Of a stretch of 64,000 nucleotides of DNA, positions 29,399 to 37,992 are shown in pieces. The DNA is taken from NCBI GenBank assembly GCA_041577335.1, contig JBFGJH010000009.1, positions 5,177-69,176 on the forward strand. Reading direction: 5' to 3'. Position 1 is the stretch's first letter. Every line of letters starts with the position of its first letter. This DNA is from Acidimicrobiia bacterium. GTDB lineage: Bacteria > Actinomycetota > Acidimicrobiia > Spongiisociales > JAENVV01. The translations under genes and the position numbers were made by a program. The notes beneath the pieces were generated by a model. The model did no database searches. It saw nothing but the letters and a program-made list of their open reading frames with translations, and was not told the origin of the DNA.

Positions 29399-30135
29399 AG
29401 GTGGACGCGAACCAGTTCGAGCGCCCGCTGGGCGAGATCGCCTGTGGCGGTCAAGGTCTGGGTGTCTTCGAGGTCGACCCGGTCGACGGCCAGAGCCGCC
29501 CACTCCGTCGCTTCTCCGCGGATGACGTTGGCGGCGTCTGCTGGGCCAAACACCCACTTCGAGTACAGCGGTCCTCGAAACTCTGCTCTGACCTCGGATG
29601 GGTATTCCTCACCGGCTTCCTTGAACACATGCGGAAGCGACTTCCATGCGAGCCAGGCGATATGGCGGATGCGGGTCGTCTCTTCCGGCTCCTCGCCGAC
29701 TGCGTAATAGACGTCCATGCCGTGGGCCCAGGTCTCCATGAGACGGGCGGTGGCGAAGCTCTTGGCGCTCATGTCGCCGAAGAACCACGGAACACGATCG
29801 GTTGCCGCGCTCCGGGACAATTCCTCCACGACTTTCGCGCGGGCTCCTCGCCACCATTCGATGACGTCCTGGGGCCGCATATCCAGCCCGGCGGCGAGGC
29901 CCGCCTCGTTGAGCGCGTCGATGTCGCCGTACTCTTCGAGCTCCTTGAGGCGCGAACCCTTCTCGGCGAGGGCGTTGAACGCATACTCTTCCGAGGAGGC
30001 CAGATGGCTCACGGTTTCGTGGATGGTCCAGCCATGCCAGACGGTGGTTTTCCGCCAATCGCGCGGATTGATTTGCTGGAGGAACTGATCCAGCGATTGT
30101 TCTTCCGCAACCAGATCGGAAAGTATCTCTCTCAC
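29395..30135 (-). CDS. Mycothiol-dependent maleylpyruvate isomerase-family (TIGR03084-like) metal-binding protein
   Basis: GWTIHETVSHL, ARLMETWAHGMD. Confidence 0.82.
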   Translation of the reverse strand: MREILSDLVAEEQSLDQFLQQINPRDWRKTTVWHGWTIHETVSHLASSEEYAFNALAEKGSRLKELEEYGDIDALNEAGLAAGLDMRPQDVIEWWRGARAKVVEELSRSAATDRVPWFFGDMSAKSFATARLMETWAHGMDVYYAVGEEPEETTRIRHIAWLAWKSLPHVFKEAGEEYPSEVRAEFRGPLYSKWVFGPADAANVIRGEATEWAALAVDRVDLEDTQTLTATGDLAQRALELVRVHL

Positions 30136-30274
30136 CGTTAAATTCTAGGCATGCCGGGCCGATTTCCGCCACAGAAGGCCCCGCCTTCGGCCCGGCTCGG
30201 TCCGTGACGAGCGGCTCTGCGGCCGCGTTCAGGTCGTGGTTGGTGGCGACGCGGTCGCCGCACGACCAGCAATC

Positions 30275-30296
30275 CGATCGGATCCTGATCCGATCG
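30275..30296. repeat. 22-bp palindrome CGATCGGATC-CT-GATCCGATCG (copy 1)
   Basis: Perfect 10-bp inverted repeat, identical arms to copy at 37827-37848. Confidence 0.8.
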
Positions 30297-30307
30297 CAAA
30301 CCCGGTG

Positions 30308-31399
30308 CTACCAGGGCCGATCTTGTTGTTCTGAGGTGAACGGGTCCCCGGGGTGGACGACCGTAGGGGTGGTGACCCACTGGTTGATCTGATCGATCAT
30401 GAGCCGCAAACGTCCGTAATGGCGGCGATCGAAATGAAGTTGCAGCCGGGCTGCCTCGACATCGTCACCGTCGCGACGCTCAGGATCGGTGGGTTCGATC
30501 ATCTCGATGGTTCCCGACACGACGATATCGGCGAACTCATCGTTGAGCTGGGCGACCTGTTCGGGAGTCGGTACGACTTCGAGGCGCAGGATGAGATTGC
30601 CGTTCACATATCGCTGCGATCGGTAGTTGGCGTAGAACGCACATACCTCGGCCGCGGCGGCGGCCGGGTCGGTGAAGTGCCGGTAGAGATGGACGTCTTC
30701 GGGGGCAATGAGCTCAGCTGCGACGAGTTGGCGGTCCACGAACTCGATCCAACTGCGCCAGTAGGTCGACTCCGGGCTCTCGACCAGAACGATCGGGTGC
30801 ATGTCGGATTTGCCGGTCTGAACCAGGGTGAGCAGTTCAAACGCCTCGTCCATGGTGCCGAAGCCGCCCGGGAAGAGAGCGAAGGCGCTTGATTCTTTGA
30901 CGAACCCGAGTTTGCGCGTGAAGAAGTACTTGAAGTTGATGACCCGGTCAGGGGAGAGAAACTCGTTGGAGTCGGACTCGAAGGGAAGCCGGATGTTGAC
31001 GCCGAGCGAGTTCTCCAGGCCTGCGCCCTCGTTCCCGGCCCGCATGATGCCGGGCCCAGCCCCGGTGATGATGTCCCACCCGCGTTCATGAGCCATGATC
31101 TCGGCAAACTGCTTGGCCGTCTGATACTCGACGTCGCCCGGGGGGGTGCGTGCCGACCCGTACATGGTGACTTTGGGTTTGTCGTGATACTTGCGGAAGG
31201 TGAGCATCGAGTAGCGCATCTCTTTGAGGGCGGTGTTGACGAGCTTGAGCTCGCCGCGATCGGGGTCATCTCGGTGCAACTTGAGCGCCGTGGTGATGAT
31301 CTCGCGCACGAGATCGGCATTGGGGTTTTGAGATCCGGACGCCACCAGTCCTTCAATGGCGGCATCGATTTCCGGATTGCCGATTTCGTACGATCGCAT
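30308..31399 (-). CDS. LOG-family (TIGR00730 / nucleotide monophosphate nucleosidase-like) protein
   Basis: YGSART, TGAGPGIM, FFTRK, PGGFGTMDE. Confidence 0.88.
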   Translation of the reverse strand: MRSYEIGNPEIDAAIEGLVASGSQNPNADLVREIITTALKLHRDDPDRGELKLVNTALKEMRYSMLTFRKYHDKPKVTMYGSARTPPGDVEYQTAKQFAEIMAHERGWDIITGAGPGIMRAGNEGAGLENSLGVNIRLPFESDSNEFLSPDRVINFKYFFTRKLGFVKESSAFALFPGGFGTMDEAFELLTLVQTGKSDMHPIVLVESPESTYWRSWIEFVDRQLVAAELIAPEDVHLYRHFTDPAAAAAEVCAFYANYRSQRYVNGNLILRLEVVPTPEQVAQLNDEFADIVVSGTIEMIEPTDPERRDGDDVEAARLQLHFDRRHYGRLRLMIDQINQWVTTPTVVHPGDPFTSEQQDRPW

Positions 31400-31480
31400 G
31401 GCGAGAACGGTAGCTCACCGCCTGGCCAACGGCGATCACTCGGCCGGTAACCTGGCTGTCTTGCTCGTGAAAGGTTGGTC

Positions 31481-32461
31481 ATGCAGTTTGGTGCTTTTGT
31501 TTCCCAGGGTTGGCGACTCGACCTGGTGGGGATACCGGTCGAACAGCAGTGGCAGTCGATGGCAAACATGGCCGCGACGCTCGAGAAGGCAGGGTTCCAG
31601 TCGGCATGGGTCTACGACCATCTCCACACCTTTCCGACCGCCACGCAGGAATCTTCCTTCGAGGCGTGGTCACTCATGGCGGCACTGGCAGCGGTAACGG
31701 ACACGATCCGGCTCGGTCAGATGTGTACCTGCAACTCGTATCGACCACCGTCGTATCTCGCCAAGATGGCTTCGTCCATCGACGTCATCTCCAATGGCCG
31801 GCTCGAAATGGGCATCGGTGCGGGATGGTACGAAGCCGAATACCTCGGATACGGCTACGAATTCCCGAAGGCTTCCGTCCGCATCGGGATGCTCCGCGAA
31901 GCAGTCGAGATCATGCGGGCGATGTGGACCGAAGATGTCGTCCAATTCGACGGTGAGTATTACCAGCTGGCTGGCGCCATCAACCAACCAAAGGGAATCC
32001 AAAAGCCTCACATCCCGCTCTGGATCGCCGGCGGTGGCGAAAAACTCACCCTCAATGTGGCTGCCCGATATGCCAATTACACCAACTTCGGCGGGCGCAT
32101 CGAGGAGTTCGTCCACAAGTCTGAGGTCTTGGCCGGCCACTGCCGCGAGGTCGGCCGGAACTACGACGAGATCGTTCGATCCTCGAACTTCAATGTCGTG
32201 TGTGCCGCCACCGAATCCGGCCTACGGGAGAAGAAGGAGCGACTCGCCGACAAGTGGAGCGGGCTGGTCCCCGACAAGGTTCACCAACGGTGGGTCGAAG
32301 AGCTGAACGACAATGCGGGAACGCCTGAACAGCTCGTCGAACGATTCCGGCCATATGTCGAGGCCGGGTCCACGTACGCCATCATCTATTTCCCGGATTT
32401 CGCGTACGACGACAGCGGTGTCGAGCTGTTCGCCAGCGAGGTCATGCCCGCGTTCGGGTAG
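31481..32461 (+). CDS. LLM-class F420-dependent oxidoreductase
   Basis: WVYDH, RLGQMCTCNSYR, GIGAGWY, WIAGGGEKLTL. Confidence 0.88.
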   Translation: MQFGAFVSQGWRLDLVGIPVEQQWQSMANMAATLEKAGFQSAWVYDHLHTFPTATQESSFEAWSLMAALAAVTDTIRLGQMCTCNSYRPPSYLAKMASSIDVISNGRLEMGIGAGWYEAEYLGYGYEFPKASVRIGMLREAVEIMRAMWTEDVVQFDGEYYQLAGAINQPKGIQKPHIPLWIAGGGEKLTLNVAARYANYTNFGGRIEEFVHKSEVLAGHCREVGRNYDEIVRSSNFNVVCAATESGLREKKERLADKWSGLVPDKVHQRWVEELNDNAGTPEQLVERFRPYVEAGSTYAIIYFPDFAYDDSGVELFASEVMPAFG

Positions 32462-32473
32462 GCAAGCCGGCCA

Positions 32474-33028
32474 TCAACTCTCTTGCCAATCGATCCAATC
32501 CTCGAGCGGAACGCCGAGGCCGTCGGCAATTCGATTGACGTAGGCGTAGTAACCCACCACCTCGGCGATGTCCAGGATGTCACGATCGCTGAACCCTGAC
32601 TCACGGAGCGAATTGATATCTTGTTCGGTCATATCCCACGGGGTCATCGTCAACTTGACCGCGTACCGGAGCATGGCCTTGCGTGCGTCGCTGATCGCAG
32701 CCGCTTCGTAGTCGGTTTCGATTGCTGACAGGAGCTGGTCGTCCTTGAGAAGACGGCGCAGACCGCGCCGATGGTGGGCCACTCAGTAGTGGCATTCGTT
32801 GGATTGCGACACGATGAGGGCGATCATCTCCCTCTCGACTTTGCGAAGGGTGGCGGTCCCCGCCATCACTGCTCGATAGAGATCGAAGTGAGATCTCAGC
32901 CCTGCTGGGTGGAGCGAGTGGATCCCCATGATGTGATCGACCTTCCCGTTGGTCGGGTCGGCGACCTCGTCGTAGAGGGCGGCCAGCTCGTCGGATACTT
33001 CCTCGGGGTCGGTGTTGATCCAGGCCAT
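32474..33028 (-). CDS. AhpD/CMD-family peroxidase-related enzyme with in-frame UGA (probable selenocysteine, CxxU)
   Basis: Two ORF-track ORFs are contiguous in frame across one TGA (32783-32785): EREMIALIVSQSNECHY-U-VAHH; C-terminal GFSDRDILDI...YYAYVNRIADGLG; 184 aa with read-through. Confidence 0.85.
32754..32782 (-). promoter_or_regulatory. Bacterial SECIS-like hairpin
   Basis: UGA-GUGGCCCACCAU-CGGCGC-GGUCU-GCGCCG: 6-bp stem with a G-containing loop starting 18 nt after UGA. Confidence 0.7.
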
Positions 33029-33095
33029 GACCAAAGCCTAGGACCTGCCTGAACGCGGGTGCGCCGTAGGATGGCTCTTCGTCGGAAGGAGTCAG

Positions 33096-33398
33096 ATGAT
33101 CGTCATCGCCGGCACGCTGCCCATCAAAACGGAAGAGCGCCCCGCGCTCGAACCCGGCCTGCGCGACCTGATCGCGGCGACGCTCCAGGAGCAAGGCTGC
33201 GTCGAATATGCCTTTGGGTTCGATGTGACCGAGCCTGGTCTCATCCGGATCTTCGAGATCTGGGAATCGGATGAGGCACTTGCCGCGCATGCCCGATCCG
33301 AGCATGTGGCGGCCTGGGGGAGGCTGGCGCGGCCGGCCATCGACGGCCCGTTGCAATTGACCCGGTACGTCATCGAATCAGCCGGCCCCTACCCGTGA
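33096..33398 (+). CDS. Antibiotic biosynthesis monooxygenase / putative quinol monooxygenase
   Basis: E.GC..Y...IFEIWES.EAL.AH..SEH pattern; RBS AAGGAG. Confidence 0.85.
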   Translation: MIVIAGTLPIKTEERPALEPGLRDLIAATLQEQGCVEYAFGFDVTEPGLIRIFEIWESDEALAAHARSEHVAAWGRLARPAIDGPLQLTRYVIESAGPYP

Positions 33399-33493
33399 CG
33401 CAGGAGGGCTGCCGAGGCGTTGGGCGTCGCGCGGGTCTCTCGCAACTGGTTGTGATGAACTGGAGCGCCCCCAGCCACGGTTAGCCTCGTCCG

Positions 33494-34702
33494 ATGCGTC
33501 CCCTCCCGCGATGGAAAGTCTTGCTGTTTGCCATCATTGGGACAGCACTCACCGGGCCCGGCCAGACGATCGGCGTGTCGGTATTCGTGGATTCGATCAT
33601 CTTCGATCTCGGCCTCTCGCGGTCGCAGGTGTCAGGCGCCTACCTGGTGGGAACCCTCATCGGAGCTGTGGCGTTGCCGACCGTCGGGCGCCTGATCGAC
33701 CGGGATGGAGTCGGACGGTCGATGGTGTGGATCGGCGTGGCGTTCGGTCTCGGCATCGGCATCGTGAGCCGATCGTGGTCGCTGGTGACCCTGGCCGTCG
33801 GCTTCACCCTGATTCGCATGTTCGGGCAAGGCTCATTGACGCTGGTCAGCGTCGTCGCGGTGACGAAAGCCATCGCCGAGCGGCGCGGAGCAGCGTTGGG
33901 CGTCCTCTCGACTGTGGGTGGCGCCATGTTGGGGATTGTGCCCGTGGCCCTCAATCGGCTGATGGAGTGGACGGACTGGAGAACGGCATGGCTCATCTCG
34001 GGCGCGGTTGTGCTGGCGACCGTCCCTGCAATCGGGCGGTGGGGGTTCGGCTATTCAGCAAGAGGTCGTGCCGAGGCCACCGAAGGCCAGGACCACGGAA
34101 CTGTCACGAGCGACGTCAACCGAGCCGGCGCCATTCGTACCTACCGGTTTTGGGTCTTGGGAGCGGCGTCGGCGGCCGCGGGCATGTTCGTGACAGCGCT
34201 CAACTTCCAGCAGATCTCGCTGTTGGGCGAAGCCGGATTGACGCCTGCTGCCGCGGCCGCCATGTTCATACCGCAGGTGCTTGGCACCGCCGGCGCCGGC
34301 TATCTGTTTGGGTGGCTGAGCGACCGGTGGTCGTCGCGAGCTCTGCTTGTGATCATCATGGGGATGCTGGCGGGAGCGCTTGCCCTGACTGCTGTGCTTC
34401 GACCGGGTCCGCTGATCGTTGTCTACTCGGTCCTGCTTGGCATGACCGGTGGCTCCGTGCGGGCGGTGGGAGCCGCAGTCCCGCCTCGCTGGTTTGGTAT
34501 CGGTTTCATCGGTGCAATCCAGGGGTTTCTCACCTTCCTGGGTGTCTTCGGCTCGGCCGCCGGACCGCTCTACTTGTCGATGGGTCGGGACATCACCGGA
34601 GAGTATTCGACCATTGCTCTCTTTTCGGCGATCGTGCCCGCTCTCATCGCGCTGGCGGCATTGCGCATCACCGACGACCGACCGGTGACCGCGGTCAGCT
34701 GA
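33494..34702 (+). CDS. MFS transporter
   Basis: About 12 hydrophobic segments, GRLIDRDG and GWLSDRW motif-A loops. Confidence 0.88.
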   Translation: MRPLPRWKVLLFAIIGTALTGPGQTIGVSVFVDSIIFDLGLSRSQVSGAYLVGTLIGAVALPTVGRLIDRDGVGRSMVWIGVAFGLGIGIVSRSWSLVTLAVGFTLIRMFGQGSLTLVSVVAVTKAIAERRGAALGVLSTVGGAMLGIVPVALNRLMEWTDWRTAWLISGAVVLATVPAIGRWGFGYSARGRAEATEGQDHGTVTSDVNRAGAIRTYRFWVLGAASAAAGMFVTALNFQQISLLGEAGLTPAAAAAMFIPQVLGTAGAGYLFGWLSDRWSSRALLVIIMGMLAGALALTAVLRPGPLIVVYSVLLGMTGGSVRAVGAAVPPRWFGIGFIGAIQGFLTFLGVFGSAAGPLYLSMGRDITGEYSTIALFSAIVPALIALAALRITDDRPVTAVS

Positions 34703-35687
34703 ACGGCGGTGCCTTCGGCCCCTTCCGGACCACGGCATTCCAAACCGTTTCGTAATGATCTCGGTCGTAGTCGTCCACGTGAGGCAGCACGAACTCCTGC
34801 CAGGCCCGCCGCAGGCTGTCATCGGCGTCGGCGTAGATCGCCAGTCCGGTCGGCAGCCGATCAAGGGTCGAGCGCAGGCTCATGGGGGTCTCCACCCTGG
34901 TCCCGGCATCCGAGGCTTCGAACGACTCGTTCACCTCGGATACGAGGCGGCTGATAGCCGTGCGGTACTCCTCGTTGAGGTTCGGGTAGCGGACCACCAG
35001 CATCTGGTCCAGCTGTTCGATGGTGGGGAACCCTTTCTCCCAGATCACCCATCGGTCGGCGAACGCCTTATTGAGGGTTTGCGTTCCGGCGTAGTCCCGT
35101 AGATCCGTTGGGTTCATCGTGCCAAACAGCCGGGTATCGCCGCGCAAGCGCACCGTTTCGCCGTCGGGCAGGTCGAGCGCCTGATATCGGTCGAGGAGCC
35201 CGTGAAGGGCGAACAGCGTCTCCGCTCCCGCCGCGTTGAGTTCCGACAGGTTCACCAGCGCGGGACCTCGCAGCGCCCGCGTGATGTCACCGTCTTCCCA
35301 GCGGCTCTCGGTGCCGCCTTTGCCATCTCCATGCAGCTTGGTGGAGCCGATCAAGGTGATGTCCCGGACCTCACCGGTCAACGGGATCCGGTAATAGGGC
35401 AGCTTCATGAGCGCGGCGAACTGCTCGATGTCGTGATCCTTGCCAGTGCCCATGTGACCTCGCACCGCAACGTGCAGCGGGATGAACGAAGCCGGCGAAT
35501 CGCGTGCGACGCGCTCGAGTTGCGCAAACTTGTACAGCATGCCGAGGTCGACGTAATGCGGATCAGGCTCGGGGATCTTGGCGACGCGTTGTTTGCGGTC
35601 CGCGATGTCCTTGGGGACCGTGAACGTCTCCAACTCGATTGGCTTTCCTTCGCCGCTGGGGTCTTCAAAGACAACCGTGCTACCCAC
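34695..35687 (-). CDS. MoxR/CobS-like AAA+ ATPase
   Basis: GHMGTGKD.DIEQ, LVNLSELN, RLFGTMNP, YAGTQTLNKAFADRW; start overlaps stop of VWA gene. Confidence 0.8.
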   Translation of the reverse strand: MGSTVVFEDPSGEGKPIELETFTVPKDIADRKQRVAKIPEPDPHYVDLGMLYKFAQLERVARDSPASFIPLHVAVRGHMGTGKDHDIEQFAALMKLPYYRIPLTGEVRDITLIGSTKLHGDGKGGTESRWEDGDITRALRGPALVNLSELNAAGAETLFALHGLLDRYQALDLPDGETVRLRGDTRLFGTMNPTDLRDYAGTQTLNKAFADRWVIWEKGFPTIEQLDQMLVVRYPNLNEEYRTAISRLVSEVNESFEASDAGTRVETPMSLRSTLDRLPTGLAIYADADDSLRRAWQEFVLPHVDDYDRDHYETVWNAVVRKGPKAPPFS

Positions 35688-37797
35688 GGGCGGCCTCCTT
35701 TCGTTGCAGAAACTGGCTCGTGTCGATCTCTTGTCTGGCTCCCTTGATCCACCACCCGTCGAATCCCCAGGAAGCGAGGCTCCTGCGGAGGGCGTCGCGG
35801 ACGCCGTTGACCATGGAGTTGGCCAGGGATGCCGGGTGCTGGACGGTGCGATAGCGCCCGTAGATCGACTCGACGGTGTCGCCTCCGATCCCTATCCCGA
35901 GGACTGTCACCCCCGACGCCTCGGCGGTGCGAACCGCCTGGGCCAGGGCCTCCGCCGATCCGCGAGTCATACCGTCGGACAGAACGACCAGGACCCGCAC
36001 GGTCGCCCCGGTTCTGTTGAGGCGGTCGGCGGCGTGAGCAACGTTGTACTCGTCGACGTTGGCTCCCTTGGTGAACAGCGATACGGGAGGTGCCTGGCGA
36101 GGATCGCGTCGAGCCCGATCGGCGGCGGTACGTGGGTCGGCGGCCGCCAGGAAGAGGCCCTCCATGAGCCCAGAAGCAACTCGCCAACGCTGGTTGAAAC
36201 TCTTCAACATGTAGTGATTCACGGTGTTGGTGAGTCGGTCGGCCGCCGTTCCTTGGCTCCGCCGGAGCCCCGTCATCGCCTGCGACTGGCGGCGGGTGTA
36301 GCTCCAATCGGAGTCGGTAACGGTGGCGGCGAACGATCGGTTGAACAGGGCTACCTCGAACTCGACTTGCAACTCGTCACAGAGGTGGGCCAGTGACCAG
36401 GCTCCCAGTGTCGCCGCCGCCAATCCCCAGGGAGACCGGCGGGCGCTGTTGCCGATCGGTTGCGGTTGCAGCATCGAAGCCGAACCGTCGATGAGCAGAC
36501 TGACCGCGTATGAACGGCGAGACCGCAATGACCGCCGCTCATACATCCGCTCGTAGAGGCCGGCAGCGAGCAACAGTGGCGCATGCGGGGAGAGATCGCC
36601 TGCATCGAATCCGGACTGGAGCCCTCGCCGCTGGTTGGCGGCAAACAGCGGATAGAGCTCTCCTGAGATGTGTTGCTGGCGAACGCCCCAGGCGGCAGAT
36701 GTTTCGGCGAGCAATGCCCGACCTTCCGGAGTGAACTGGCGAAAGCGTTCGGGAAAGGGAATGACCAGCAATTTGCCACCGTGGCCGTTCGGCAGGTAGA
36801 CCGTCGGAGCCTCGGAAACGCGGAGAATCTGATCGGTCGACTCCTGGCCTGCCTCATCGGCAGGCCCTTTGCGATCCGACTCACCGGCTCGTGCCTCGGC
36901 TGCTTGTTTGGTGTCTTCGTAGGATCTTGCGTCCGTGAGGATCGGCGTCATCAGCCGGACGCGGTCCACGCCTTCGGCGATGGAATCTCCGGCGTCCTCG
37001 TCCTGTTGCTTCTGCTCGCCGACCGTTGCGCCCTCGTCCTCGATCGAGACGATGCGGTGCAACTTGGCCAGGTTGAGGAGTTGTAGCGCCAGCGTGCCGA
37101 TTTCCCAGGGGTCCGTCGTTTCGGCGGCTTTCTCGAGAAACGGCTGTGCGTCTGCCAAGGCGAGCGCGACTCGACCGTCGGCGCGCTTCTCGAGCAGATC
37201 CCGCTCCGCGTGGCCCCCGAGCAGCATAAAACAACCAACGGCGAACTGGCCGAGTGGTGTTGAGTTCTTGATGGCGTCACGAGTAGCTGCTCGATAGAGG
37301 TCGGTGAGCACCGATCGTGCACCCGGATACTGATCCAAGCCCTGCCGCTCCTGGCGGGCGTCTTCGAGGGAAAAGAACAGAGCTTCGCTGGCCTTGCCGC
37401 CCGCCCGGTTGAGAGCGTCGAGCAAGTCGACGTCCTCGGCGGGCGCCTCTTGGTCTTTCGCCAACCATGTCTGCGGAACCGGGCGCCGGTCTTCGAAGTC
37501 CGTGGAAACGAGGTGGACGACTTCGTGAAGTGCCGATGCCAGCGCCACCTCGTCCGGGGTCACCGGCGCCCGCCGCGTGTACGCCGCCTGGAAGAGACCC
37601 GGGTTGACGACCACCTCATCCTTCCCCGACGATGCCTCGGCGCCGAGTCGCACCCGGAGCTCGTCGTTGCCGCACAGGCTGCGGGCGAACCGGGTCACCG
37701 CCGGCGCAACACGCTGATAACGGGCCACCACGGCCTCGATCGCCCGCTCTTCTGGCGGGAGGATCTCTTCGAGCAGGCTGCGATCGCGCGATTGCAT
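35680..37797 (-). CDS. CobT-like VWA-domain protein with N-terminal HEXXH
   Basis: LHEVVH, LEDAR.E, MIDAS LLIDGSAS, VLSDG, GIGIG. Confidence 0.72.
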   Translation of the reverse strand: MQSRDRSLLEEILPPEERAIEAVVARYQRVAPAVTRFARSLCGNDELRVRLGAEASSGKDEVVVNPGLFQAAYTRRAPVTPDEVALASALHEVVHLVSTDFEDRRPVPQTWLAKDQEAPAEDVDLLDALNRAGGKASEALFFSLEDARQERQGLDQYPGARSVLTDLYRAATRDAIKNSTPLGQFAVGCFMLLGGHAERDLLEKRADGRVALALADAQPFLEKAAETTDPWEIGTLALQLLNLAKLHRIVSIEDEGATVGEQKQQDEDAGDSIAEGVDRVRLMTPILTDARSYEDTKQAAEARAGESDRKGPADEAGQESTDQILRVSEAPTVYLPNGHGGKLLVIPFPERFRQFTPEGRALLAETSAAWGVRQQHISGELYPLFAANQRRGLQSGFDAGDLSPHAPLLLAAGLYERMYERRSLRSRRSYAVSLLIDGSASMLQPQPIGNSARRSPWGLAAATLGAWSLAHLCDELQVEFEVALFNRSFAATVTDSDWSYTRRQSQAMTGLRRSQGTAADRLTNTVNHYMLKSFNQRWRVASGLMEGLFLAAADPRTAADRARRDPRQAPPVSLFTKGANVDEYNVAHAADRLNRTGATVRVLVVLSDGMTRGSAEALAQAVRTAEASGVTVLGIGIGGDTVESIYGRYRTVQHPASLANSMVNGVRDALRRSLASWGFDGWWIKGARQEIDTSQFLQRKEAARG

Positions 37798-37826
37798 AGC
37801 TTTTCATTGTCTCATGGCGGTCAAGC

Positions 37827-37848
37827 CGATCGGATCGGGATCCGATCG
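37827..37848. repeat. 22-bp palindrome CGATCGGATC-GG-GATCCGATCG (copy 2), in VWA-AAA promoter region
   Basis: Perfect inverted repeat (extends to 11-bp arms), 30-51 bp upstream of ATG 37797. Confidence 0.8.
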
Positions 37849-37992
37849 GAGTCTGTCGGAGCCGCCCTTCGGCGGCGCTCACCCGGGGCTTGGCTCCGAC
37901 GCGGTCGCAGCCAAGCCAAAACGACGGGCTGGCGGAGCCACTTCCTCGAGCACCTCCAATCGAAAGGGTGAAGGTGGTCTCGGACGGGTAGG

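Noticed and set aside
32474-33034. Pseudogene or two small genes
   Set aside because: The single TGA sits at the catalytic Cys position with a SECIS-like hairpin, so read-through is the better explanation.
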